From a virus, in IMG/VR virus record IMGVR_UViG_3300017917_001151, positions 1 through 64,000 of that record: 64,000 bases of DNA. The stretch is one strand, 5' to 3'. The position numbers and the translations under genes are program-made. Below the pieces are notes generated by a model, which saw nothing but the letters and a program-made list of their open reading frames with translations, searched no databases and was not told the DNA's origin. Below, piece by piece: positions 19,801-27,217 of this stretch. Positions within the stretch are counted from its first letter, which is position 1; each line of letters opens with the position of its first letter.

Positions 19801-21293
19801 AGACCTTCTCGAATATCTCGACCTCTGGCAGCTTCTGCAGTATTAGTTGTTACGTCGCCGGTGAAGTCAGTTCTTTGGCCTGCTGTATAAATTAAGAATC
19901 GAGGAAGGTCAACGTTTAGAGTAGGCAGGGTAGTAAATCCAGTACCTTTGTCAGTAATGGTAATACTAGTAATAACGCCTGCGGTAACAACAGCAGTACC
20001 AAACGCACCAGTTCCGCCACCGCCTGAAATTCTAACAGATACTAAAGAATATCCTGTACCGCCATTGAGAATCGTTACAGAGTTGACTCTATAAGTAACA
20101 TCAAATGTTGCCCCGTCTCCAATCGCTCCAATACCTGCCGGTGCAGCAGATGTTGAGATTACAGTGGCAACAGCAGTCGATCCGGGTAATACTGTGTATG
20201 AACCTGAAGAAATGATCTTGTAAGTTAAGATAGCACCGGGTGTTGTTATGGTAGAAAGAACTTCAATGTAACATCTGCCCCCACCAGTAGGAACAGCACC
20301 GCCCTGTATTTCTAATATATCGCCTGGATAGTAGTTAGTACCAACACTGTTGATATTAACAGTGTCAACGCTCATTCTTAAGAAGCCATCGAATCCAGCA
20401 CCGGAAGTTGGTGATGATTCAATAGCAGATAGGCTACATTCGTTAGCACCATCGCCGTAGGTTAAGACTTTCTTATATGGGCCGATTTGTACTTTAGCAT
20501 CTAAAACTAATTCTTCAGCTTTCTTTAAAGCTGCCTCTAACGTTCTATAAGCATAGGCTAGTGCTCGACCTTGAATAGCTTTTGATACTCCTGGTCTTGA
20601 ATCCTGACCTGATAGCGAAACATATAAGTTTGCCACGCTACCGAAAGCAGAACCGTCAACATATCGTTTGGTAACTGCAATCAATCCGTCGTAAACTTCG
20701 TCGTCACCTGGTTCGGGGTCTCTAGAAAGAATAAGTGGACCGCTCATGCGTCCAAAAGCAGAATCTGCCTGACCTGTTGCAGGATCTATAGCTTCAGTAC
20801 CTGCTCTGGCAATTTTAGAATCTGCATAGGCTTTGTTTACTAATTCGTGTTTGTAAATAGGCTGCAACGGAGTGATAGTAGTACCTGCATCAATAACCCT
20901 CCATTGATTTCCGCCCGAACGTAAGGATAAATCGCCGCCTAGTTGTGGACTAGGATCAGAAGCGATAGAAGCGAAATCTGAATTGATTGTTATTTCGTTA
21001 GGATTTGAAATAAAATCAATGCTAATACCGTTACCTGGTACTAGTCTTTTAAATGTTAATCCGGATTCTGTATTGTTTACAGTTACAACAGGAGTACTAC
21101 CGGTTGCTGGATCGTTTTGGCCAGTATAAGATGCGGGAGCATCGTCAAGTCCTATAAAGGTGAGCTTATCACCTAATCCTAAAGAACTGTATAGTTCGCG
21201 AAAGTTATCATTAACTTTACGGAAGGAATCTCTTATACTATCACCAGTACCATCATTACCTACGGTACCAATATCAATTATTCTACGTGCCAT
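13851..21293 (-). CDS. giant virion/tail protein (2480 aa) with C-terminal intramolecular-chaperone-like domain
   Basis: NDGTGDSIRDSFRKVNDNF N-terminus; GTGY/GGGGTGA beta repeats; H.....G.....G...YY repeats; C-terminal YSADLAENY...VALQGRVPCKVVG. Confidence 0.85.
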   Translation of the reverse strand: MARRIIDIGTVGNDGTGDSIRDSFRKVNDNFRELYSSLGLGDKLTFIGLDDAPASYTGQNDPATGSTPVVTVNNTESGLTFKRLVPGNGISIDFISNPNEITINSDFASIASDPSPQLGGDLSLRSGGNQWRVIDAGTTITPLQPIYKHELVNKAYADSKIARAGTEAIDPATGQADSAFGRMSGPLILSRDPEPGDDEVYDGLIAVTKRYVDGSAFGSVANLYVSLSGQDSRPGVSKAIQGRALAYAYRTLEAALKKAEELVLDAKVQIGPYKKVLTYGDGANECSLSAIESSPTSGAGFDGFLRMSVDTVNINSVGTNYYPGDILEIQGGAVPTGGGRCYIEVLSTITTPGAILTYKIISSGSYTVLPGSTAVATVISTSAAPAGIGAIGDGATFDVTYRVNSVTILNGGTGYSLVSVRISGGGGTGAFGTAVVTAGVITSITITDKGTGFTTLPTLNVDLPRFLIYTAGQRTDFTGDVTTNTAEAARGRDIREGLYLRGENSGALAQILSHQGALDSNGNEIFDVDIKSGTFELGEAISYGDISKDIQISILVESGEYYENYPLRVPANVSIVGDEFRRVIFRPKPGTSSSPWAFQKFRRDLVIDGIPVTDASREFGYHYLQNPSQPVYPKIDNKGGFTGAAALIDLNRSFLSEEIVAWMNYNIQNSVAPFTPTFVYNQALCKRDVGLLVDSFVFDLKYGGYNRTISAGLKYYESNSARIAITTQLSEYLAVLTHLEDLMQEVINNATITNTKNNIYPQVIDPAYQSEVGADAVITDLITSLKDVIDGSGSVNYPKENQDMDVFLANDAVRWQAISAIGHGGFMGVLDPEGQILSRSPYFQEVASFSRSKDRQVFAGGMLVDGFAGNLEFIIDTVVTPTRLLVTGLERFPELPASFIVADTAYRINYVRDYEYNKDGSTATFILDETTPWPYDVFVYDSATCYRDVGLILDGLGYDIVFGTNFWTRQNGLTYRMSQAAVVINDQRAITLRAITLAHNLVNDLLTAYPTIQTTVTQSNSTIADIIDRGTSGAPTLTFTLPPGVTANVTNAYNLLMDNRDYMVAEVQGWIDAQIAGNISPWATGDTYNISKSQRDTLYLIESTIHDLIYGGNAATRLSALKYYNNITGAMLLASGQPARCSAAIAYLSYLMGRVAQNLAPAVSYSALSRTTGSAGSSAEATIISTLLTSVQNAVSANNYATAQTYVVLSTPSTSGYTANNISARTIIQNNKTAVQQEVVDFVDEYGNKYELLMPGNRSMLANDFTQINDLGYGAIATNGGLIELVSIFTYYCHISYYSLNGGQIRSVGGSSAHGNYALVAEGADPLEVPTPTTVYEDFSQRVDCYAPSPAYANVVEGLFIYVTNYDYTPLGGAELEIKHGYDIYRYPVTSVATTDLPAGVARLNLTAGTGGTGAGLFDTVPDGTKMTLRLNNIIRLTGGLEDVAVRPSTGLKLRETNDSVYRVLQFTTAVDENGPYEILISTATPTIFKVLTTVTTIDTNVCTTSGNHKLRVGDKFIPTSTANGFTSGTTYYIKSVPKYNQFTVSTAPGGSTTTLTNGTGLTIKGVKTHKLLENYTIGFETTGTLPNPLNADFTYYVLATDLTDTEFSVSLDKAGTAVSITNVGSGTHKYNIDGLTLTNLRENYNYVDLTVYTPGEFTSDYPTGQTCTITIASPAVVTLNSHGFTAGQAIKFETSGSLPTGISPLTRYFVLSTGLGLNSFRISTAPEGTAVDTTGSQSGIHRVGRVTGNVGESSFAVVAVGSTEISRVAGSKFLFLGEEYIVSTYQSEVITNAPYGRVVLNRPLVNAINQLSSSYTAKAAVPIRSSGSLGTLTIRISLTRVTSHDLLEIGTGSYADTNYPKEIYGPSVNPLNADTETEERDVGRCFYVTTDQYGNFKVGPYFAVDQGTGQVTFSSSIALSNLDGIGFKRGVPIAEFSTDSGFTDNATDTVPTENAARIYIERRLGVSHDGSNVETTQLIPPYTGGFLALSGQLPMKGIIDMDNNKIVNVTNPTNPQDAVNLRSLTLANFQNWGGSNVQGGQFMIFTGEGNTLINASITGDLTFDLRTGVDSTLNNVDVQLNAGVVNNAEVNANAAIAQSKLNMTIATALSAAPSGTAATIQAASGLSSFDTAQFTVTNGFVTVKANGLTRSRIEQMASNTVLGNSTLSSGNVTEVPFSTVVDTGGGIKKNQYSSVGFLRRTNGASFTSDADYAVVAGSSGSSSSVGAGEIIVRDANGDFGGRIIDISQIKLDTQIAVDTATIATGGYIRYYGYNTTGGILVQDGTLAGDKKTAYWNDLHQFKTQNGVSDAPITASSIQVTAITTGGTTTAGTITGRWTLTGSSPNESRLQATYSADLAENYEGDKDYEVGTVLVFGGDKEVTTSNVKGDTRVAGVVSNTAAYTMYEACPGLKNLVALQGRVPCKVVGKIKKGDILVTSGIPGVATAAVGDVKVGTVVGKALKDYDSDHIGLLEIAVGRT

Positions 21294-21323
21294 ATTTTAT
21301 CCTAGAATGAGCAAGTGCTCTAA

Positions 21324-21359
21324 TATTTAGCCCAAAGTTTTATAAGCCTAATGTAAATA
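21324..21359. promoter_or_regulatory. divergent pair of late-type TAAATA boxes
   Basis: TATTTA at 21324-21329 (minus) and TAAATA at 21354-21359 (plus) between divergent genes. Confidence 0.65.
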
Positions 21360-21363
21360 ACTT

Positions 21364-21651
21364 ATGTTCATGAAAATAGAAACACAAGAAAATCAATACA
21401 CTAGGCTCAGTAAGTGCGGCCGTGAACATGTATACAAAAGAAAAAAGACCTTAGCGGTCTTTAGATGTGATAGTTGCGATAGTATTTTTACTAGAGATTT
21501 AAAACACGTTCAGAGAAAACGTTTGAGCAACAATTATTTTCACTGCTGTTCTAATTGTGATGCTAAGAGATTTGCTCAAAGAAAGGGAGTTGAGCAAAAG
21601 AAAATTTGGGATTTACCTGCTAGTACAGAACTACCAGTTGGAAAGTTTTAA
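21364..21651 (+). CDS. Cys-rich putative zinc-binding protein
   Basis: CDSC and CCSNC motifs; basic. Confidence 0.7.
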   Translation: MFMKIETQENQYTRLSKCGREHVYKRKKTLAVFRCDSCDSIFTRDLKHVQRKRLSNNYFHCCSNCDAKRFAQRKGVEQKKIWDLPASTELPVGKF

Positions 21652-21974
21652 ACTCTGAAACTTTCTCCGCAGCCGCAGCGATCGCGCTCGTTGGGATTTA
21701 TAAATTCGAACCCTTCATTTAGACCGTTACGAACCCAGTCTACAGTAAGCCCGTGCATATAAACTAGAGATTTTTGATCAACTAAAACCACAAAATCTGG
21801 ATGAGCAAAATTAGTAACTCCTGGTTCTGAAATGTACTCGTCTACATATTCAAGAGTATAGGCCAAACCACTGCACCCAGTGGTTTTTACACCTAGTCTT
21901 ATGCCAACACCTTTACCTCGACGTTCAAGCAGTTGCTTGATCTTCAGTTGAGCTGTTTCGCTTACGGTAATCAT
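21648..21974 (-). CDS. iscA: iron-sulfur cluster assembly protein IscA
   Basis: TTGCSGLAY and NPN...CGCGESF. Confidence 0.96.
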   Translation of the reverse strand: MITVSETAQLKIKQLLERRGKGVGIRLGVKTTGCSGLAYTLEYVDEYISEPGVTNFAHPDFVVLVDQKSLVYMHGLTVDWVRNGLNEGFEFINPNERDRCGCGESFRV

Positions 21975-22326
21975 CTATAGCAGCCTTAATGGCGTCCTCT
22001 GCAAGAATACTGCAATGTATCTTCACTGGCGGAAGGGCAAGTTCTTCAGCAATTTCGCTATTTTTAATAGTACTCGCTTCGTCCAGCGTTTTTCCTTTAA
22101 CCCACTCTGTAACGAGTGAACTAGAAGCGATTGCGGAACCACATCCGTATGTCTTGAAACGAGCATCTCTAATAATACCATCTTCAACCTTTATCTGTAA
22201 TTTCATTACATCGCCGCAGGCAGGAGCTCCTACCATACCAGTACCAACACTGGTGTCGTTTTTGTCAAAGCTGCCTACGTTGCGGGGGTTTTCGTAATGA
22301 TCTATAACTTTATCGGAATAAGCCAT
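21925..22326 (-). CDS. iscU: Fe-S cluster scaffold IscU
   Basis: DHYENPRNVG, GAPACGDVM, GCGSAIASSS, LPPVKIHCS. Confidence 0.97.
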   Translation of the reverse strand: MAYSDKVIDHYENPRNVGSFDKNDTSVGTGMVGAPACGDVMKLQIKVEDGIIRDARFKTYGCGSAIASSSLVTEWVKGKTLDEASTIKNSEIAEELALPPVKIHCSILAEDAIKAAIDDYRKRNSSTEDQATA

Positions 22327-22887
22327 TTAACCTCCTTGTAGTCTAATATCAACAACTTCCCAATTAATGATACGCCAAATATTAGCAAGATATTTGGCCT
22401 TGTCCTGCTGATAGTCTAGGGCCCATGCGTGTTCCCAGGCATCTATCAATAGAGCAATTTTCATACCTTTGCGGTATTCGTGATTGTGAATAGTATGTAG
22501 TTTACTATCGTAGTCCATATAGATCCAATTAGAACCCTGTGCTGCCATGAACTCTTTTTCAAAAGCTTCTTTGAATTTGTCAAAGCTGCCGTGTACATCA
22601 TCTATCAAACTTTTACTGAGTCCCTCGGGTTTGTTAGCAGCTCTAGGTGGGGTCAAGTTTGCAAAGAAGATGTTGTGCAACATAGCACCACCGTAGTTAA
22701 AATCTGCATCACCCTCGCCTGCATTATAGCGATCAAAATACTTAGATGCTAGACCGTCGTAGTGATATTTGAGAGTAGCTTCACTCATAACAGGATCTAG
22801 CTCGTCTTTTTTGAATTTAAGACGATCTTGACGAATTTCGCGCTTATCAGCGGATTCAGTTAAACTTTTAATAAAATGTAGGGCCAT
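22327..22887 (-). CDS. sod: Fe/Mn superoxide dismutase
   Basis: Metal ligands in YHY, LHNIFF and DAWEHAW; W.IINW tail. Confidence 0.9.
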   Translation of the reverse strand: MALHFIKSLTESADKREIRQDRLKFKKDELDPVMSEATLKYHYDGLASKYFDRYNAGEGDADFNYGGAMLHNIFFANLTPPRAANKPEGLSKSLIDDVHGSFDKFKEAFEKEFMAAQGSNWIYMDYDSKLHTIHNHEYRKGMKIALLIDAWEHAWALDYQQDKAKYLANIWRIINWEVVDIRLQGG

Positions 22888-22892
22888 AACAA

Positions 22893-22908
22893 TATTTACC
22901 GCTAAATA
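22893..22908. promoter_or_regulatory. divergent late-type TAAATA boxes
   Basis: TATTTA at 22893-22898 and TAAATA at 22903-22908. Confidence 0.65.
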
Positions 22909-22930
22909 AAAGTCCTAAGGAGGATATTCC

Positions 22931-23176
22931 ATGTTAAAACTATTGGCAAAACTTTTTGGTGTTAAGAAAGAGGAAACACCTCAAGCAGAAGCACCATACA
23001 AGGTAGAAACCCCTGCACCAGCAGCTGAACCAACACCAGTTGCAGTTCAAGCTACCGAAGCAGCGGTTAAATCTGTTGCTGCCAAAGCTCCGGCAAAAAA
23101 GGCTCCTGCCAAGAAGCCTGCTGCTCCTAAGAAAGAAGCAGCCCCGAAGCGTGGTCGTAAGCCAAAGGCGAATTAA
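22931..23176 (+). CDS. Ala/Lys/Pro-rich histone H1-like protein
   Basis: PAKK repeats, KRGRKPK AT-hook-like tail, strong AGGAGG SD. Confidence 0.75.
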   Translation: MLKLLAKLFGVKKEETPQAEAPYKVETPAPAAEPTPVAVQATEAAVKSVAAKAPAKKAPAKKPAAPKKEAAPKRGRKPKAN

Positions 23177-24191
23177 TCTTTTTCGCTTCTTCGTAGAGTG
23201 CAAAACTGGCTAGATTCTTAGCCTTGCTTTCGCACATGATATCGAAGTTATCCCAGAAACTCAGAGCCCATTCGTTGACTGCTGTGTTCCAGTAGAAATC
23301 GGAGTGCGCTCTGAGTTTCGCTTTTTTATGTCCGGATTCTAAGAGGGTCGGAAGAGCGGGACGTAATCCGGTGGAATGGCCTCTGAGTATATCTTCGCGA
23401 GATACACTGTAGTGGCAAACAGGACGAACGCCGCGCCAACTATCAATAACCTTTTTAACACGATCGTCATTAGGGTCAATGTATTCGCCAGAGTTAATCC
23501 AGTGGTGATGGATGTCCATAACGATTGGAACCACATCAGCGAGTTCCAAACAGGTTTCAAGGTTGTGTGTAATTTCTTCATTTTCGATTGTGAGTGTGTT
23601 TCTAGCTTCGGGGGTTAACCGGCCCAATACAGCACGTATGCCATTTGGTCCCCTACGTCCGGCAATGTGGACATTGATCTTAAAATCTTGGAAAGTTTTT
23701 CCGTAACCCATCCAACGAGCCATGTCCGCATGATATTCAAATTCTTCAATTGATCTGTTTACAATATCGTCGCTATCGCTAGCAAGGACAGTAAACTGGC
23801 CGGGATGAAAAGACAGGCGAACGCCACGCGAGCGAGCCACATCTCCGATCTGCTTAAATCCTCTTTCGCAATAGTTTCGTGTATCGGGAAGCCGCCAAAA
23901 CCAGCTCCAAGTTGGCTCAGTGTAGACAGGGAGTATATCACTACTGAGTCGTACCATTCTAAGATTTTCATCGAGTTCTCCTACTCGTTCGACTAGCAAA
24001 CGTGTGCTTTCGATATTTTGTTCCATTAAGGACCAAAGCTTCTCTACAGCCACGTCTCTAGTTTGTCTATTTAACCAGGCTACAGTGGTAGCGCCGGTAT
24101 TATATTTTTTACAGTCGTCCTTGGGTTTGATCCCATCTACTTGGTCGGGACGGTCGATCCATTTGCAGGCGAAGCCGATTCGTTTAGTCAT
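23127..24191 (-). CDS. uvsE: UV damage endonuclease UvsE/UVDE
   Basis: RIGFAC, RLSSD, RLSFHPGQF, IENEE, DIHHHW, HYS, AHSD, MCESKAK; start moved to MTKRIG (24191) because the promoter overlaps the track start. Confidence 0.93.
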   Translation of the reverse strand: MTKRIGFACKWIDRPDQVDGIKPKDDCKKYNTGATTVAWLNRQTRDVAVEKLWSLMEQNIESTRLLVERVGELDENLRMVRLSSDILPVYTEPTWSWFWRLPDTRNYCERGFKQIGDVARSRGVRLSFHPGQFTVLASDSDDIVNRSIEEFEYHADMARWMGYGKTFQDFKINVHIAGRRGPNGIRAVLGRLTPEARNTLTIENEEITHNLETCLELADVVPIVMDIHHHWINSGEYIDPNDDRVKKVIDSWRGVRPVCHYSVSREDILRGHSTGLRPALPTLLESGHKKAKLRAHSDFYWNTAVNEWALSFWDNFDIMCESKAKNLASFALYEEAKKINSPLAYDHASGLLLS

Positions 24192-24197
24192 AGTATT

Positions 24198-24226
24198 ATT
24201 ATATGACATTTAACGCCAGTTGTCAA
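24198..24226 (-). promoter_or_regulatory. consensus sigma70 promoter for uvsE
   Basis: TTGACA-17 bp-TATAAT on minus strand. Confidence 0.85.
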
Positions 24227-25007
24227 GTACGAATTTATCCTGAACATCTAAAGGATTGGGTTCACCGTGAAACACAGCCACAGCACAATTAGTAGGAATT
24301 TGGACATCGTCTCGAATCGTTCTAAATATTCTACGACCATTGTTTACAGTTAATTCGTCTCTAGATCTAAGTTCCCATTTGTAACTCATGATCCAATCCT
24401 TTGGCCAAAATTTTATTCGATCTCTGGCCAACTTCCAAATCCAATCTTGATCACCCTGGAGGCGTTGTGCGTCTGCGGGTTTTTCTTTAAATTTATTCCA
24501 AATATAACTTTCCGATCCGTGATTCCATGCTAGAACCGAACTGTTAAGATATTGCCAAGAGGGATAGAACTTCCTATTAAAATCGTGTATCCCCATAAAA
24601 GAATCTGTTTTGTGATATGCTAGTTTATCTATATTATTACAGATAACAACATCGAGATCAAAATACAATATGCGTCCTGCTAAAGGTAAGTTAGGATCGA
24701 ACATATGTACTTTGTGCCACCAACCTTTTTGATAGTTGGCATTAGACTGGTATACAGTTCTTACACCGTCGATGGGGTGTTGATCGTCTGTAAGACAGGC
24801 AAATTCATAAGGAACAGTCATATGTCTAGCAACCATGTTGCGTAGACGTTCTACATATTCTCTGCCGTATTTGTTACCAAACCTTACACAAAGAACAGTA
24901 ATTTTTTCATCAGTGATGATTGTTGGAATCTGTTCGATTCGAGAAGCTTCTTTGGCTGCACGTTTTTCTTCTTTGAGACGTTTACGTTCTTCTTTTGACA
25001 ATTCCAT
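24210..25007 (-). CDS. GT-A-fold glycosyltransferase-like protein
   Basis: [19 protein letters not shown] (DxD), NSSV, GDQDW, VFHG.P. Confidence 0.8.
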   Translation of the reverse strand: MELSKEERKRLKEEKRAAKEASRIEQIPTIITDEKITVLCVRFGNKYGREYVERLRNMVARHMTVPYEFACLTDDQHPIDGVRTVYQSNANYQKGWWHKVHMFDPNLPLAGRILYFDLDVVICNNIDKLAYHKTDSFMGIHDFNRKFYPSWQYLNSSVLAWNHGSESYIWNKFKEKPADAQRLQGDQDWIWKLARDRIKFWPKDWIMSYKWELRSRDELTVNNGRRIFRTIRDDVQIPTNCAVAVFHGEPNPLDVQDKFVLDNWR

Positions 25008-25812
25008 CTATAGCCACCAAATCTTCTAGTATTTCTTTTAATCCGTTTAAGGGTATCATGTTAGGGCCGTCGCTAGGTGCATTGTCGGGATCTTCGTGTG
25101 TTTCCATAAACACTCCTGCGACACAGCCAGTGGCTACAGCAGCCCTCGCCAGGTAGGGCACCATTTTGCGATCTCCGCCTGATTTTTCTCCCATGCCTCC
25201 AGGTTGCTGTACAGAATGTGTTGCATCAAAGATAACGGGATAACCAGTGCTTGCCATAATAGGTAGACTGCGCATGTCCACCACAAGATTATTGTATCCA
25301 TGTGTATAACCTCTTTCACATAACATAACACGATTGTTACCTGTAGAAGCAATCTTCTCGGCAACATTTTTCATATCGTGTGGTGCAAGGAATTGTCCTT
25401 TTTTAACATTAACGGCAAGACCTGTTTCTCCTGCGGCTAATAATAGATCAGTTTGTCTGCATAAGAATGCAGGAATTTGAATTACATCTATGCCTGCATC
25501 TGCAACTAAACTGGCTTGATAACTTTCGTGTATGTCGGTGAGTACCGGTATTCCAAATTCGTGTTTAATAGAATTTAAAATTTTTAAACCTTCGTCTATG
25601 CCAACACCTCTTTTGGTTTTGATACTAGATCTATTGGCTTTGTCAAAACTACTTTTATAAACTAAGTCAATGTCTAATTCATCGCAGATTTCTTTTATAG
25701 AACCTGCTACATGCTCGGCATGATCTTGGCTTTCGATCTGACAAGGTCCAGCTATAAGAAAGATTTTATTTTCGTTGCTGGCGACGATTCTGTTAATATT
25801 AAATGTACGCAT
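24982..25812 (-). CDS. kdsA: KDO-8-phosphate synthase
   Basis: [55 protein letters not shown]; start placed at MRTFNI. Confidence 0.96.
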   Translation of the reverse strand: MRTFNINRIVASNENKIFLIAGPCQIESQDHAEHVAGSIKEICDELDIDLVYKSSFDKANRSSIKTKRGVGIDEGLKILNSIKHEFGIPVLTDIHESYQASLVADAGIDVIQIPAFLCRQTDLLLAAGETGLAVNVKKGQFLAPHDMKNVAEKIASTGNNRVMLCERGYTHGYNNLVVDMRSLPIMASTGYPVIFDATHSVQQPGGMGEKSGGDRKMVPYLARAAVATGCVAGVFMETHEDPDNAPSDGPNMIPLNGLKEILEDLVAIDGIVKRRT

Positions 25813-25820
25813 ATTATTAT

Positions 25821-25979
25821 TTACCAGTGTCTTATAACACCAGCAATAATAAAACAATTTGTGATGATATAAGAAAGTACGATAAGAGTTCGGACTAGTG
25901 CCACCTTATCAGCTTCCTGACGAGTAGCACCAGCCTTTTCTCCTAGGGCCTTAGCCCAGATGCGCCATATCTTACGCAT
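25821..25979 (-). CDS. small membrane protein (52 aa)
   Basis: [17 protein letters not shown]...one TM helix; ATG at 25979 overlaps queD end. Confidence 0.7.
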   Translation of the reverse strand: MRKIWRIWAKALGEKAGATRQEADKVALVRTLIVLSYIITNCFIIAGVIRHW

Positions 25980-26502
25980 CGCCCTCATAGACTGCGGAAT
26001 TACCAGCGTGTTCAAATACTTCAGCTGAACGTAGCTTTACGCCTTGGCCAACTGGATAACGTGCTTCAAAAATACGACCATCTGGATGTGTCCATCCGCG
26101 GCTTTCTTGATAGGCTGTTAGTATTTCGTGCATCGTACGATAAGCTAGCTCAGCAAACTTTTCGCAGCCTACTGCTTCTACAAGACGAAGGTCAGCAACA
26201 CCGCCCTGATCTTGTTTGCCTAGTGCAGCCATTTGTTTGAAAAGATCTAGATGAGGATCATCTAGTGCGATACACAGTGTATGATCAAATTGCCATTCTG
26301 ACCATTCTTTGAATGCTTTGAGTCCACCAAAATCCATGACCCAATTGCGATCATCTAGTGTTTCTGATTCAAAGATTAGTTTGATACCGATGGAATAACC
26401 ATGAAGTAATGAGCAATGGCTATGTGTAGAACGCCACTGTCTAAAGCAGCAACTAAGTCCTCTGTCGTTGCCGTATGTTTTTGTTGAAAGATATTTCGCC
26501 AT
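25972..26502 (-). CDS. queD: 6-pyruvoyl-tetrahydropterin synthase / QueD-like
   Basis: HC..LHGY, WVMDFGGLK, FDH, terminal V.E..NSA; GGAGG SD before ATG 26502. Confidence 0.88.
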   Translation of the reverse strand: MAKYLSTKTYGNDRGLSCCFRQWRSTHSHCSLLHGYSIGIKLIFESETLDDRNWVMDFGGLKAFKEWSEWQFDHTLCIALDDPHLDLFKQMAALGKQDQGGVADLRLVEAVGCEKFAELAYRTMHEILTAYQESRGWTHPDGRIFEARYPVGQGVKLRSAEVFEHAGNSAVYEGDA

Positions 26503-26534
26503 CTCTTGCCTCCTGTAAATCAAGCGAGTAAGTT

Positions 26535-26585
26535 TGATGACATGCAGAATTTATAAAGCGGGTTGAATGCCATGTAAGACCGCTG
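26535..26585 (-). ncRNA. candidate H-type pseudoknot / riboswitch-like leader upstream of queD
   Basis: P1 AGCGG/CCGCU; loop AUGGCAU pairs with downstream AUGUCAU; A-rich linker UUAUAAA. Confidence 0.5.
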
Positions 26586-26620
26586 TGCCTCTGTGTGTAT
26601 ATGTAATTATATTACAATGA

Positions 26621-26628
26621 TATTTATA
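26621..26628 (-). promoter_or_regulatory. T4 late promoter TATAAATA
   Basis: Exact T4 late consensus upstream of the queD leader. Confidence 0.6.
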
Positions 26629-27217
26629 ACGCAAGGAAAGACACATTATTTTTTTGCCATTCCTCGGGCATTTCCCAATCTTGTCTATTACGTATTATAA
26701 ATTGAGCTTTGGAATATTTGAATATCTGACCAATTTGATAAATCCAATAACTGGGATCCACCGGTTTTGAATCTGATCTACTATAGTTAGCGGTACCTTT
26801 ATAGACATTGTTTACAGATTGTCCCATAGGATAAAGATCAAAACCAACCAATTCGATTTCTTTAAACTCTAGAACAGCGGCTAATAAAACAGCATACCCT
26901 CCGCTACCCCAATGATCAGGTTGATCTCTTTTCAGTTCTCCAGTATAAGGAAGTTCCGGTAAGTGTCTTATGTTTTTATTTTTTTGTATTTTTCTAAAAT
27001 AGTGAAACCAATGATCTCTAACATAGATTAGTGTATCCTTGGTAAGAGGATTTTCGGTTGCTTCGGCGGCCATACGCCTATCACAGCAGATTAGATGATC
27101 TACGATCATATCCCTGTGGATAGCGTTGCAGCCTATAAGTGTGTGAGTTTGTCTGTATTGTTCTAAATTAGTATCGCGACGACTTTCACCGTTACCAATT
27201 ACCACGGCCTTGGACAT
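26624..27217 (-). CDS. nucleotide-sugar transferase-like protein (GT29/Maf-like)
   Basis: AVVIGNGESR, IGCNAI, GSGG.A, IELVGFDL. Confidence 0.6.
   Translation of the reverse strand: MSKAVVIGNGESRRDTNLEQYRQTHTLIGCNAIHRDMIVDHLICCDRRMAAEATENPLTKDTLIYVRDHWFHYFRKIQKNKNIRHLPELPYTGELKRDQPDHWGSGGYAVLLAAVLEFKEIELVGFDLYPMGQSVNNVYKGTANYSRSDSKPVDPSYWIYQIGQIFKYSKAQFIIRNRQDWEMPEEWQKNNVSFLAL

Noticed and set aside
21925-21974. Programmed frameshift fusing iscU and iscA
   Set aside because: The 50-nt overlap is explained by a short IscU tail and an independent iscA ATG; no slippery site evident
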